DNA of 60,452 nt, taken from NCBI GenBank assembly GCA_964472375.1, contig CAYYLE010000002.1:1-60452 (forward strand). Direction: 5' to 3'. This stretch comes from an uncultured Rickettsiales bacterium (lineage in GTDB: Bacteria > Pseudomonadota > Alphaproteobacteria > WRAU01 > CAYYLE01). Shown piece by piece: positions 1 to 8,053 of the stretch. The position numbers and the translations under genes are program-made. The notes below the pieces were generated by a model, which saw only the letters and a program-made list of their open reading frames with translations, made no database searches and was not told where the DNA came from. The first letter of the stretch is position 1, and every line of letters starts with the position of its first letter.

Positions 1-140
1 ACCCACAGTGGAGCTTTTTCATTAGTTTGGGGGAAATTACACTTCTCTATTTTTGAAAGTTTAATACCTTTTGTACCCGAGCACGCCACCAAAGCAAACA
101 ATGCTACAAAAATACTTAACACCCTAACTGTTTTTAACAT
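1..140 (-). CDS. Putative lipoprotein, N-terminal part only (the gene runs off the window start)
   Basis: An ATG at 138-140 on the minus strand opens MLKTVRVLSIFVALFALVAC-SGTKGIKLSK..., which is a signal peptide followed by a lipobox (L-V-A-C). The frame stays open to position 1. It is missing from the ORF track because fewer than 60 aa are visible. Confidence 0.35.
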   Translation of the reverse strand, partial: MLKTVRVLSIFVALFALVACSGTKGIKLSKIEKCNFPQTNEKAPLW

Positions 141-180
141 AATTAAAACTCCTTTTTAGTTTTTATCAGATTAACACAAT

Positions 181-696
181 TTACTTATTGTTAAAAAGTA
201 TTTTTGGCACAATATAAACATAAATAAATCTAACAAAAATAGTTGTTAAAAAGCCCTGTAAACCTATTTCTAGAAAATAACTAAATACAGCAACTTCTAC
301 TACACTTGTTGTACTTGTTGAAATACGAGAAGAAAACAAAGCTGTTTTTGCCCTATTGTATAAAGCACGAAAAACAGAAAAATTAAGTAAACTTCCTGCT
401 ATTGCAATAGATATTGAAAGAATTTGCACACTGTTGCTATAAAAAAGCTTATCAAAAGTATTTAAATACCCCAAAGCAAGCAAAGGTATAAATAAAACAG
501 CAAACAAAACACCAAAGTTTTTATTTGCATAATCTGTAAACGAATAAAGAGCAATAAAACAAAGCTCTGAAACAAGAATTCTTATTATTAAAGAAACATC
601 TACTAAATCACTATAAATAACATTACCAAGCAAAAATAAAGACAAGTTTAATGCTATTAATAGTGCAAAAACAATGTAATTTCTTTTCATCAACAC
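181..696 (-). CDS. Small polytopic membrane protein, VUT/YhhQ (DUF165)-like; possible queuosine-precursor transporter
   Basis: The 171-aa ORF is strongly hydrophobic with multiple helices. FTDYANKNFG and SSRISTSTTSVVEVAVFSYF resemble the conserved xxDxxxExyG and STxxxxxxDxxxF regions of the YhhQ family. It is shorter than typical members, so the call is tentative. Confidence 0.4.
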   Translation of the reverse strand: MLMKRNYIVFALLIALNLSLFLLGNVIYSDLVDVSLIIRILVSELCFIALYSFTDYANKNFGVLFAVLFIPLLALGYLNTFDKLFYSNSVQILSISIAIAGSLLNFSVFRALYNRAKTALFSSRISTSTTSVVEVAVFSYFLEIGLQGFLTTIFVRFIYVYIVPKILFNNK

Positions 697-703
697 AAAA
701 CCT

Positions 704-1492
704 TTAATTGTTATGAATTTTATTCAAAGTACTATTTAGGCAATAAAATGGCTTTTTAAGCAGTGTATTTTTACCTGTATTATACATTATATCTGTATCA
801 TCAAGGTATTTTAAAACCCCTCCTGCCTCTGTTAACACAAGCTCTGGTGCTGCTATATCCCACTCATTAATATCACCAAATCTATAATATATATCTGCAA
901 CCCCTTCTGCTATTAAGCATGGTTTTATAGAGCTGCCTATATAAAGACGATTTTTGTTTAAAACATCTTTGTTTCTTGCAATTATATCTTTATCTTCTTG
1001 ATCTATTCTTGTTGAAGTCATTGTCATTATAAGGTCTTTTGTTTTAGAAGAAACCTTTAGCCTTATGTTCTTTTTGTTACGATGGTCTAAAAAAGCACCC
1101 CTGCCCCTGTATGCATAATACAATTTATCAAAATAAGGGTTATATACAACACTAGCAAGAGGTCTGTGCTTGTAAACAAGTGCAATATTGACCGAAAACC
1201 CTACACGACCATCTATAAACTCTTTAGTGCCATCAAGTGGATCTATTACAAAACAATAATCATTTTTTAGCCTTAGGTTATAATCATCTTTACTTTCTTC
1301 TGAAAGCATTGGTATTTGTGGGTGTTTTTCCAATAAAGAACTGCTTATAATTTCATTGGCTTTTTTATCTGCCTCTGTAACAGGGCTTTGGTCTTTTTTA
1401 GTAAAAATTTTATAGTCTTTTCTGTGATATTTTAAAATCTCAATACCTGTTTGCTTGGCTATTGATTTTAAATCTTGTAATAAATTTTCCAT
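704..1492 (-). CDS. cysQ: 3'(2'),5'-bisphosphate nucleotidase CysQ / inositol monophosphatase family
   Basis: The 262-aa protein has the IMPase-fold motifs MLSEES, VIDPLDGTKEF and WDIAAPELVLTEAGG. Confidence 0.75.
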   Translation of the reverse strand: MENLLQDLKSIAKQTGIEILKYHRKDYKIFTKKDQSPVTEADKKANEIISSSLLEKHPQIPMLSEESKDDYNLRLKNDYCFVIDPLDGTKEFIDGRVGFSVNIALVYKHRPLASVVYNPYFDKLYYAYRGRGAFLDHRNKKNIRLKVSSKTKDLIMTMTSTRIDQEDKDIIARNKDVLNKNRLYIGSSIKPCLIAEGVADIYYRFGDINEWDIAAPELVLTEAGGVLKYLDDTDIMYNTGKNTLLKKPFYCLNSTLNKIHNN

Positions 1493-1570
1493 AAAAGATA
1501 ATGAGGTGTTTAGTTGTTTTTTTATGCCGTGCTATCTGTGCATTTTAGCACATTTTAAATAAAAATACTC

Positions 1571-2278
1571 TTAATCTTGATTACCAAAAAGTATATCTGT
1601 ACCCAAAAAATTACGCTTAAGCTCTAAACATGCTTTCATTATAGAGAAACTACCTGCACAAGGGTCTAGTACAATATCTTGCTCTTTTGTAACACTTTCT
1701 ATTAAACTTTTTTGTAAAAAATGGGGTTTTTGATGGGTGTGAACTTTATCGGTTATCTTTTCACTTACACAGTCTCTAATATCATGCTTTAACCAAATAT
1801 CTTTTGCTCTTATGGGTTTTTTTTGCAAAACAAGTAAATACTCACAACATCTTCTTGTACGGTAACCCATGCCAAGCCTTTCTTTATTCCATGTTATAAG
1901 GTCAACTATTTGCATATTTTCAGGCACATATTGTTTTACACCCTCACATAGGTGGAATTTATCTATCCAAAAAAACAAATGCCCTGATGGCCTTAAAACT
2001 CTTGCAATCTCTTCTAAAAAACTATGAATAGTTTCTTCGCTCATTTGGCTTAATTTTGCCCTTGCAATTTGTCTTTTTCCTTCATTTCCATATCTAAGCT
2101 TATCAAGAACACCTCTGTATTGAGGGTCAAAAAATACGCAAGATACTACACATTCTTTAATGTGCTTTAAAAAAAGCAAACCATCAAAGCTATTTTTATG
2201 GTTTATCTCTATTGGTTTACCATCTATATTTTGACTGGTAAAGATATTATTGTGTACTATTTGCTTGTCTTTAAACAT
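1571..2278 (-). CDS. Beta-class (N6-adenine or N4-cytosine) DNA methyltransferase, orphan
   Basis: The 235-aa protein has a catalytic motif IV-like FFDPQY near the N-terminus and an AdoMet motif I-like VLDPCAGSFS near the C-terminus. That IV-then-I order is the permutation typical of beta-class amino-MTases. No restriction endonuclease or specificity gene lies on either side. Confidence 0.7.
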   Translation of the reverse strand: MFKDKQIVHNNIFTSQNIDGKPIEINHKNSFDGLLFLKHIKECVVSCVFFDPQYRGVLDKLRYGNEGKRQIARAKLSQMSEETIHSFLEEIARVLRPSGHLFFWIDKFHLCEGVKQYVPENMQIVDLITWNKERLGMGYRTRRCCEYLLVLQKKPIRAKDIWLKHDIRDCVSEKITDKVHTHQKPHFLQKSLIESVTKEQDIVLDPCAGSFSIMKACLELKRNFLGTDILFGNQD

Positions 2279-2386
2279 ATCTATGGTTTATAGTTTTTAA
2301 AATAAGATGGAATTTTATAAATAAACTAAATATTACACCATAGACACATAAATATCTATTTACAAAAAAATTTTTAATCTTTTACT

Positions 2387-3532
2387 TTGAATATGAAAAA
2401 TAAAAATAATACAAATAAGCACAACTATTTTATGTCTTTAGCTTTAAAAGAAGCTAAAAAAGGATTTGGTAATACAATGCCCAACCCTTTAGTAGGTGCT
2501 TTAATAGTAAAAGATGGTCAAATACTTGCAAAGTCTTACCATAAAGAATTTGGCAAAAACCACGCCGAAATAAACGCTCTTGATAAAATAAACCACCAAG
2601 CTAAAGACTCTAGCATGTATATAACCTTAGAGCCTTGCTCTCACCATGGCAACACCCCACCTTGCGTTGATTCCATAATCAAAGCAGGGGTAAAAGAGGT
2701 AATAATTCCATTTAAAGACCCATCAAAGAAAGTTTGCGGTAAAGGTATAGAAAAACTAAAAGCAAATAATATAAAAGTTGTATCTTCTGTACTTGTTGAA
2801 GATACTTTTAATATTAATGAAGAATTTTTATACCACAGCATAACACAAAAGCCCCTTGTTACAGTAAAGTATGCATCAAGCATTGATGGTAAGCTAAGCC
2901 CAAGCAATAACCAAAGAATGCAACTAACTAATGAACTATCAAACAAGCAAGTACAAATTCTAAGAGCCAAAAACCATGGTATTTTAATCGGTAGCAATAC
3001 ATTGAATGTAGACAACCCTTTACTTTCAATAAGAATTGAAAATTGCACACGAATAAACCAAAAGTTTATTGTTGGCAATGCAAACAATATAGATACAAAC
3101 CTAAAAATTTTTCAGCAAAAAAATAATGTAAATATAATAAGCAATGAAAAATTAAGTGAAGAAAAAATAGCTGATTTTAAGGCAAAAAACATCAATATTA
3201 TTGACATAAACAGCCAAAAAACCATAAAAGCTAGTGATATTGTGCAAAAACTAGGTGAAAGTGGAACTACATCTGTTTTGGTAGAAGGTGGAAGTTTTGT
3301 AATTTCTAGCTTTTTTTCATGCAATGTTGTTGATAAAATAGATTGCTTTATATCTCCATTAATTCTTGGTGGAGATGTCAATATTACAAGTTTTAAAGTA
3401 AACAATTTAAAAAACCAAAACCAGTTTTTGCTAAAAAATCTAACAAATTATGATAATGATATTCATATAAGTTATGAAAGCAAGGCTTACAATAAATGGA
3501 AAAAGGAGACTATAAAGTGTTTACAGGAATAG
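2387..3532 (+). CDS. ribD: Bifunctional riboflavin biosynthesis protein RibD (pyrimidine deaminase / uracil reductase)
   Basis: The CMP/dCMP-type deaminase zinc motifs HAEINAL and PCSHHGNTPPC are followed by a RibD C-terminal reductase domain (VKYASSIDGK, LVEGGSFV). The start may be the ATG at 2393 rather than the TTG at 2387. Confidence 0.9.
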   Translation: MNMKNKNNTNKHNYFMSLALKEAKKGFGNTMPNPLVGALIVKDGQILAKSYHKEFGKNHAEINALDKINHQAKDSSMYITLEPCSHHGNTPPCVDSIIKAGVKEVIIPFKDPSKKVCGKGIEKLKANNIKVVSSVLVEDTFNINEEFLYHSITQKPLVTVKYASSIDGKLSPSNNQRMQLTNELSNKQVQILRAKNHGILIGSNTLNVDNPLLSIRIENCTRINQKFIVGNANNIDTNLKIFQQKNNVNIISNEKLSEEKIADFKAKNINIIDINSQKTIKASDIVQKLGESGTTSVLVEGGSFVISSFFSCNVVDKIDCFISPLILGGDVNITSFKVNNLKNQNQFLLKNLTNYDNDIHISYESKAYNKWKKETIKCLQE

Positions 3533-4122
3533 TAAAAGAAAAAGGCACAATTATAGATACCGTCAAGAAAGATGGTAAAGTAGTGCTATTTATAAAAGGC
3601 AAACAAATCTCTAGAAACACTAAAATAGATGAAAGTGTTGCAGTAAATGGTTGTTGTCTAACAGCAATATCAGTTGAAGAAGATATAATGGTTTTTGATG
3701 TTTTGCCTGAAAGCCTAAAGCTAACCAACCTAGGCGAGCTAAAACATGGTGATAAAGTAAACCTAGAAACAGCGTTAACATTGCAAGACAAACTAGGCGG
3801 GCATATTTTACAAGGGCATGTAGATTGCAAAGCAAAGCTAATAAGACAAGAAAAGGAAGGCTCTGCTGTTGTTAACTATTTTGAAATGGAAGAAAAATAC
3901 ATAAGCCAATTAATACCAAAAGGTTTTGTTGCAATTAATGGAGTAAGCTTAACAATTGTTGATATAAAAGATAACTATTTTAGTGTTATGATTATACCCC
4001 ATACTTTCAACAACACACAGATTGATAGCTTAAAAATTGGTGATTATGTAAATATTGAAATTGACTTTATGACCAAAACAATAATAAACCACCTTAATAA
4101 AATACAAGAGGTAAGAAAATAG
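3517..4122 (+). CDS. ribE: Riboflavin synthase (alpha chain)
   Basis: A canonical N-terminus (V)FTGIVKEKG and duplicated lumazine-binding repeats (VAVNGCCLT, VAINGVSLT) are present. The likely start is GTG 3517, which has an AAGGAG Shine-Dalgarno at 3503-3508. The ORF track extends to ATG 3496. The gene overlaps the end of ribD. Confidence 0.85.
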   Translation: MFTGIVKEKGTIIDTVKKDGKVVLFIKGKQISRNTKIDESVAVNGCCLTAISVEEDIMVFDVLPESLKLTNLGELKHGDKVNLETALTLQDKLGGHILQGHVDCKAKLIRQEKEGSAVVNYFEMEEKYISQLIPKGFVAINGVSLTIVDIKDNYFSVMIIPHTFNNTQIDSLKIGDYVNIEIDFMTKTIINHLNKIQEVRK

Positions 4123-4123
4123 C

Positions 4124-5317
4124 ATGCAATACAACCTACAACAATGCTTAATAAACCTAAGAAAAGGTTTGCCTATTATAGTAGTAGATGATAAAAATAG
4201 AGAAGATGAAGCCGACCTTGTAGCATCGTGCGACACTTTAACACTTGGTGCTATAAACTTTATGGTAAAACATGGCAGTGGCGTAATATGCATGACAGCA
4301 AGCAAAGACCACCTAGAAAACAAACTAAAGCTAAAAAAAATGGAAAGCTCTGCACACAAAGGTGATAAATTAGACACACCTTTTTATCAGTCTTTTGAAG
4401 CCTCTGCAGGAATCACCACAGGAATATCTGCCAAAGATAGACTTTTAAGCATTAAAAAAGCATCTTCAGGCAATGCCACAAGTGAAGATATAATCTCACC
4501 TGGGCATGTTTTTCCTTTAAAGGTACATGAAGATAGCCTACAAGGAAGACAAGGGCATACAGAAGCAGGCTCTGCTATTTGTAAACTTGCAGGTTTAAGC
4601 AATCGCTCTGTAATTGTAGAGCTACCTGATGTAAACGGTGAAATGCTAAGAGATGAAAGGCTTGAAATCTTTGCTCAAACTTACAACCTACCTGCAATTG
4701 ATATAAAAACCATCAAAGAAGCAGAGCAAGACTACAAAAAACTTGAAGCTGCTAGCTCTTTTCTGCCAACTGAATTTGGTGATTTTAAAATCTCTACTTG
4801 GGTTAATTCTGTATCTTGCGAGCCTCATGTTGCCCTTGTTAAAGGAAATGTAGAAAATCAAGAAAATGTTCCTTTAAGAGTGCATTCAGAATGTTTGACA
4901 GGCGATGTTATGTATTCTTTAAAATGTGATTGTGGTGAGCAACTAAAACAATCATTAAAATATATTCAAGAGCAAGAAAGAGGTATATTTTTATGGTTAA
5001 GGCAAGAAGGTAGAGGAATTGGCTTAATTAACAAAATAAAAGCTTATAGCTTGCAAGAAAAAGGGCTTGATACCATAGAAGCCAATGAAAAGCTAAACCT
5101 ACCTGTTGATGCAAGAGAATGGGAAGAAGCGGTTAATATTTTAAAAACATATAATGTAAAAAGTTTTGAGCTTTTAACAAACAACCCTGAAAAAATCTCT
5201 TTTGTGCAAGATAACTTTAAGTGCAGCATTAAACACCTAAAGCCAACTATACAAAAACACAATAAAGACTACATTGAAACCAAAAAAGAGAAACTAAACC
5301 ATAGTTTTGACGACTAA
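4124..5317 (+). CDS. ribBA: Bifunctional 3,4-dihydroxy-2-butanone-4-phosphate synthase / GTP cyclohydrolase II
   Basis: The N-terminal RibB motif is PIIVVDDKNREDEADLV. The C-terminal RibA motifs are RVHSECLTGDV, CDCGEQL and EGRGIGL. It starts 1 nt after the ribE stop. Confidence 0.9.
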   Translation: MQYNLQQCLINLRKGLPIIVVDDKNREDEADLVASCDTLTLGAINFMVKHGSGVICMTASKDHLENKLKLKKMESSAHKGDKLDTPFYQSFEASAGITTGISAKDRLLSIKKASSGNATSEDIISPGHVFPLKVHEDSLQGRQGHTEAGSAICKLAGLSNRSVIVELPDVNGEMLRDERLEIFAQTYNLPAIDIKTIKEAEQDYKKLEAASSFLPTEFGDFKISTWVNSVSCEPHVALVKGNVENQENVPLRVHSECLTGDVMYSLKCDCGEQLKQSLKYIQEQERGIFLWLRQEGRGIGLINKIKAYSLQEKGLDTIEANEKLNLPVDAREWEEAVNILKTYNVKSFELLTNNPEKISFVQDNFKCSIKHLKPTIQKHNKDYIETKKEKLNHSFDD

Positions 5318-5325
5318 AACACAAA

Positions 5326-5365
5326 AATAGCACTGTTTTGAGTAAAATAGTGCTATTTCTTCAAA
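5326..5365 (+). terminator. Rho-independent terminator candidate after ribBA
   Basis: AAATAGCAC (5326-5334) pairs with GTGCTATTT (5351-5359). The inner TGTTTT/AAAATA bases pair further around a GAGT loop, and T-rich sequence follows. Confidence 0.55.
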
Positions 5366-5639
5366 ACTATTTATTTTTTCACCTACTACCATTTGTGTTT
5401 TTTGGTTCTATTTCATAAACCTGTTAAAACCTTTTCAGATTGCCTTGAATATCAAGTATATTTGTAGATAAAGGTAGCAATATATAAGATATACATTTAA
5501 TTTTTAAGAAAAAGCACAGCTGTTAAAATATAAATCTATTAATCCTTTGCAACCACGCTTTATATATAAAAATAAAAAGACATTGAAAAAAGTTTAATGC
5601 ACTTTAATTGCCAATAAAACAATATTTAACCTTTAAAAA

Positions 5640-6737
5640 TTAAACATTAAACCTAAATAATATAACATCACCATCTTCAACTTTATATTCTTTGCCTTCT
5701 TGTCGCCATTTGCCAGCTTGTTTAGCACCTTGCTCGCCTTTAAACTCTATAAAATCAGCATACGATATAACTTCAGCAGCAATAAAGCCTCTTTGAAAAT
5801 CACTGTGGATAATACCAGCGGCTTCAGGGGCAGACATTCCTTTTTTAAACGCCCAAGCACGAGATTCTTTAGGACCTGAAGTAAAGTAGGTTTCTAAACC
5901 TAGTATTTTATAGCACACTCTTGCAATACTATCTAAGCCCGATTCTGTAATGCCCGACATTTCTAAGTACTCTTGCTTTTCAGCATCTTCTAATGTGCTT
6001 AATTCTTGCTCTATTTGTGCAGAAACTAGCACACTTTCAGTACCTTCTTGTTTTGCAAGCTCTTCTACTTGTTTGGTAAATTTGTTTCCTTCTACAACGC
6101 TTTCTTCATCTACATTGCAAACATATATTGTAGGCTTGCTTGTTAAAAGCTGTAATAAAGGCAACATTTCACGCTCTTTTTCATCAAGCTCAACTGCTCT
6201 TACAGGCAAACCATCATCTAAACCTTTTTTAATTTTAGTTAAAAGCTCCATTTCTTTAATGGCTTCTTTATCATTGCTTTTAGCTTTTTTTTCTAGCTTT
6301 GGTAGTTTTTTTTCTATACTTTCAAGGTCGGCTATTAAAAGCTCTGTGTTTACAGTTTCAGCATCTCTTACAGGGTCTACACCATCTTCAACATGTAGTA
6401 TATCTTCGTTTTCAAAACATCTTAAAACATGCACAATTGCATCTACTTCTCTAATATTTGCCAAAAACTGGTTACCAAGCCCCTGCCCTTTGTGCGCACC
6501 TTTAACCAATCCTGCAATATCAACAATTTCAATAGAGCTAGGTATCTTTTTTTGTGAGTTATTGATTTCTTTTACAGCATCAAGCCTTTCATCAGGAACT
6601 ACAATAATGCCACTGTTTGGCTCTATGGTACAAAAAGGAAAGTTTGCAGATTGTGCAACCGATGTTTTTGTTAAAGCATTAAAAAGTGTAGACTTACCAA
6701 CATTTGGCAAACCAACTATACCGCACTTAAGACCCAT
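5640..6737 (-). CDS. ychF: Ribosome-binding ATPase YchF (Obg-like)
   Basis: The 365-aa protein has the P-loop GIVGLPNVGKSTLFNALT, a DIAGLVKGA G3 region, and a C-terminal TGS-like domain ending DGDVILFRFNV. Confidence 0.95.
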   Translation of the reverse strand: MGLKCGIVGLPNVGKSTLFNALTKTSVAQSANFPFCTIEPNSGIIVVPDERLDAVKEINNSQKKIPSSIEIVDIAGLVKGAHKGQGLGNQFLANIREVDAIVHVLRCFENEDILHVEDGVDPVRDAETVNTELLIADLESIEKKLPKLEKKAKSNDKEAIKEMELLTKIKKGLDDGLPVRAVELDEKEREMLPLLQLLTSKPTIYVCNVDEESVVEGNKFTKQVEELAKQEGTESVLVSAQIEQELSTLEDAEKQEYLEMSGITESGLDSIARVCYKILGLETYFTSGPKESRAWAFKKGMSAPEAAGIIHSDFQRGFIAAEVISYADFIEFKGEQGAKQAGKWRQEGKEYKVEDGDVILFRFNV

Positions 6738-6747
6738 TTTTTGTCCC

Positions 6748-7311
6748 TTATTGTTGTTTTTTTATAGAGTTAGTAAAAAGCTCGTAATCTTTTTGCAAAA
6801 AATAATCAAAATTATCTGTAATTTTAGCAATACTTTCTAAAACAATTTCAAACTCTTGTTTTGCAAAATTTCCCAGAACATAGTTTGTAACCATAGATTT
6901 TTCTAAAGGCCTATCTACACCTATACCTACTCTAAAGTATCCATCACCTATTTTACTATGTAAATCTCTAAGCCCATTGTGCCCCCTGTGAGAGCCTTTA
7001 TTTTTAAAGCTTAGCTTACCAAACTTTAGGTCAATATCATCATGCAATACAATAATTTGCTCATTTTCAAGCTTATAGAACTTTTTTGCTAAAGAAACTG
7101 CATTGCCACTTAAATTCATAAGTGTCTGTGGTTTAAGGGCAGTTATTTTCTCACCCTCTGCACTTCCTTCATAAACTAATGATTGAAACTTGTTGTTGGT
7201 TTTTTGCAGGTTGTAGCTATCAATAATACTATCAACAGCTAAAAAGCCCGCATTATGCCTTGTAAATTTGTATTTTTCCCCAAAATTACCAAGCCCAACA
7301 ACAAGAAACAT
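6748..7311 (-). CDS. pth: Peptidyl-tRNA hydrolase
   Basis: The signature LVVGLGNFGEKYKFTRHNAGF and the GHNGLRD motif are present in a 187-aa protein. Confidence 0.95.
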   Translation of the reverse strand: MFLVVGLGNFGEKYKFTRHNAGFLAVDSIIDSYNLQKTNNKFQSLVYEGSAEGEKITALKPQTLMNLSGNAVSLAKKFYKLENEQIIVLHDDIDLKFGKLSFKNKGSHRGHNGLRDLHSKIGDGYFRVGIGVDRPLEKSMVTNYVLGNFAKQEFEIVLESIAKITDNFDYFLQKDYELFTNSIKKQQ

Positions 7312-7328
7312 TTTTTATAAAACCGCTA

Positions 7329-7916
7329 TTACTCTTCTGTTTCTTTAGCAGCTTTAGCAGCACCACCTTTAACATGGATAGAGGCAACAACATGACCTTC
7401 TTTATAGTTATGAGTTGCTGACTTTGGTAAAGTAAGGTCTTTAGCATAAATAGAAGCAGCACCTTTATAATCTGCAAGGTCAACTTCAATATAGTCTACT
7501 AAATCTGCTAATTTACACTTAATGTTTAAATATCTATCAACTGTATTTAAAGTTCCACCTAATTTTAAACCTTGGCATTTTTCATGGTTTATGAATTTAA
7601 GGGCAACTTTTACTTTTACAGGCTCTGATTTTACAACTCTTAAAAAATCAACATGTAAAGGTCTATCTGTTACTGGGTCAAACTGAACATCTCTTAATAA
7701 CACAGTTTCTTTTTTACCTTCTGCATCAATCTCGTAAACAGTTGAGTGTAATGCACGCTTTTTTAACTCTTGCATTAAGTCTTTTTCGTCTAATGCGATT
7801 TGAATATTTTGTTTATTTCTTCCGTAAACAATTGCAGGCACTTTGCCTTCTGACCTAAGAGCACGAGAGGACCCCTTTCCTGCTTTTTCTCTTAATGTAG
7901 CATTAATAATACTCAT
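7329..7916 (-). CDS. rplY: 50S ribosomal protein L25 (Ctc form)
   Basis: The 195-aa protein contains RxxGKVPAIVYG and the two-domain Ctc architecture. It lies directly upstream of pth, as in many bacteria. Confidence 0.9.
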   Translation of the reverse strand: MSIINATLREKAGKGSSRALRSEGKVPAIVYGRNKQNIQIALDEKDLMQELKKRALHSTVYEIDAEGKKETVLLRDVQFDPVTDRPLHVDFLRVVKSEPVKVKVALKFINHEKCQGLKLGGTLNTVDRYLNIKCKLADLVDYIEVDLADYKGAASIYAKDLTLPKSATHNYKEGHVVASIHVKGGAAKAAKETEE

Positions 7917-8053
7917 TTTAAAAACCTTTCAAAGTAAATATAGTTAAACTAAGCATACCTCCAAGGGTGTATGCTTTAACTTGGCAATTATAATAAATTT
8001 ATGCTAATTATGCAAATAAGTACAAGGTTTACAACCTTAAAAAATAAAGGTTT

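Noticed and set aside
1529-1551. The inverted repeat GTGCTA-N11-TAGCAC between cysQ and the methyltransferase gene, which superficially resembles the CIRCE heat-shock operator (TTAGCACTC-N9-GAGTGCTAA).
   Set aside because: The half-sites are in the opposite order and the arms are shorter than in CIRCE. The repeat is not upstream of a chaperone gene, and no hrcA is visible. It is more likely a weak transcript-end hairpin, or chance.
2279-2386. A possible FMN (RFN) riboswitch upstream of the ribD-ribE-ribBA operon.
   Set aside because: The leader is only about 100 nt and almost devoid of G/C. None of the conserved G-rich RFN core segments are present.
5366-5639. A possible tRNA, small RNA or eroded ribH in the long ribBA-ychF gap.
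   Set aside because: I could not find a cloverleaf-compatible sequence, a conserved ncRNA core (SRP, 6S, tmRNA, RNase P) or a RibH-like reading frame by eye. It is kept only as a low-interest finding for computational follow-up.
5950-6840. A 296-aa ORF on the plus strand, one of the longest unassigned ORFs in the track.
   Set aside because: It lies entirely antisense to ychF and the end of pth, which have unmistakable conserved motifs. Its translation is low-complexity S/L/F/T-rich sequence, typical of the mirror frame of an AT-rich gene. There is no Shine-Dalgarno sequence and no recognisable domain.
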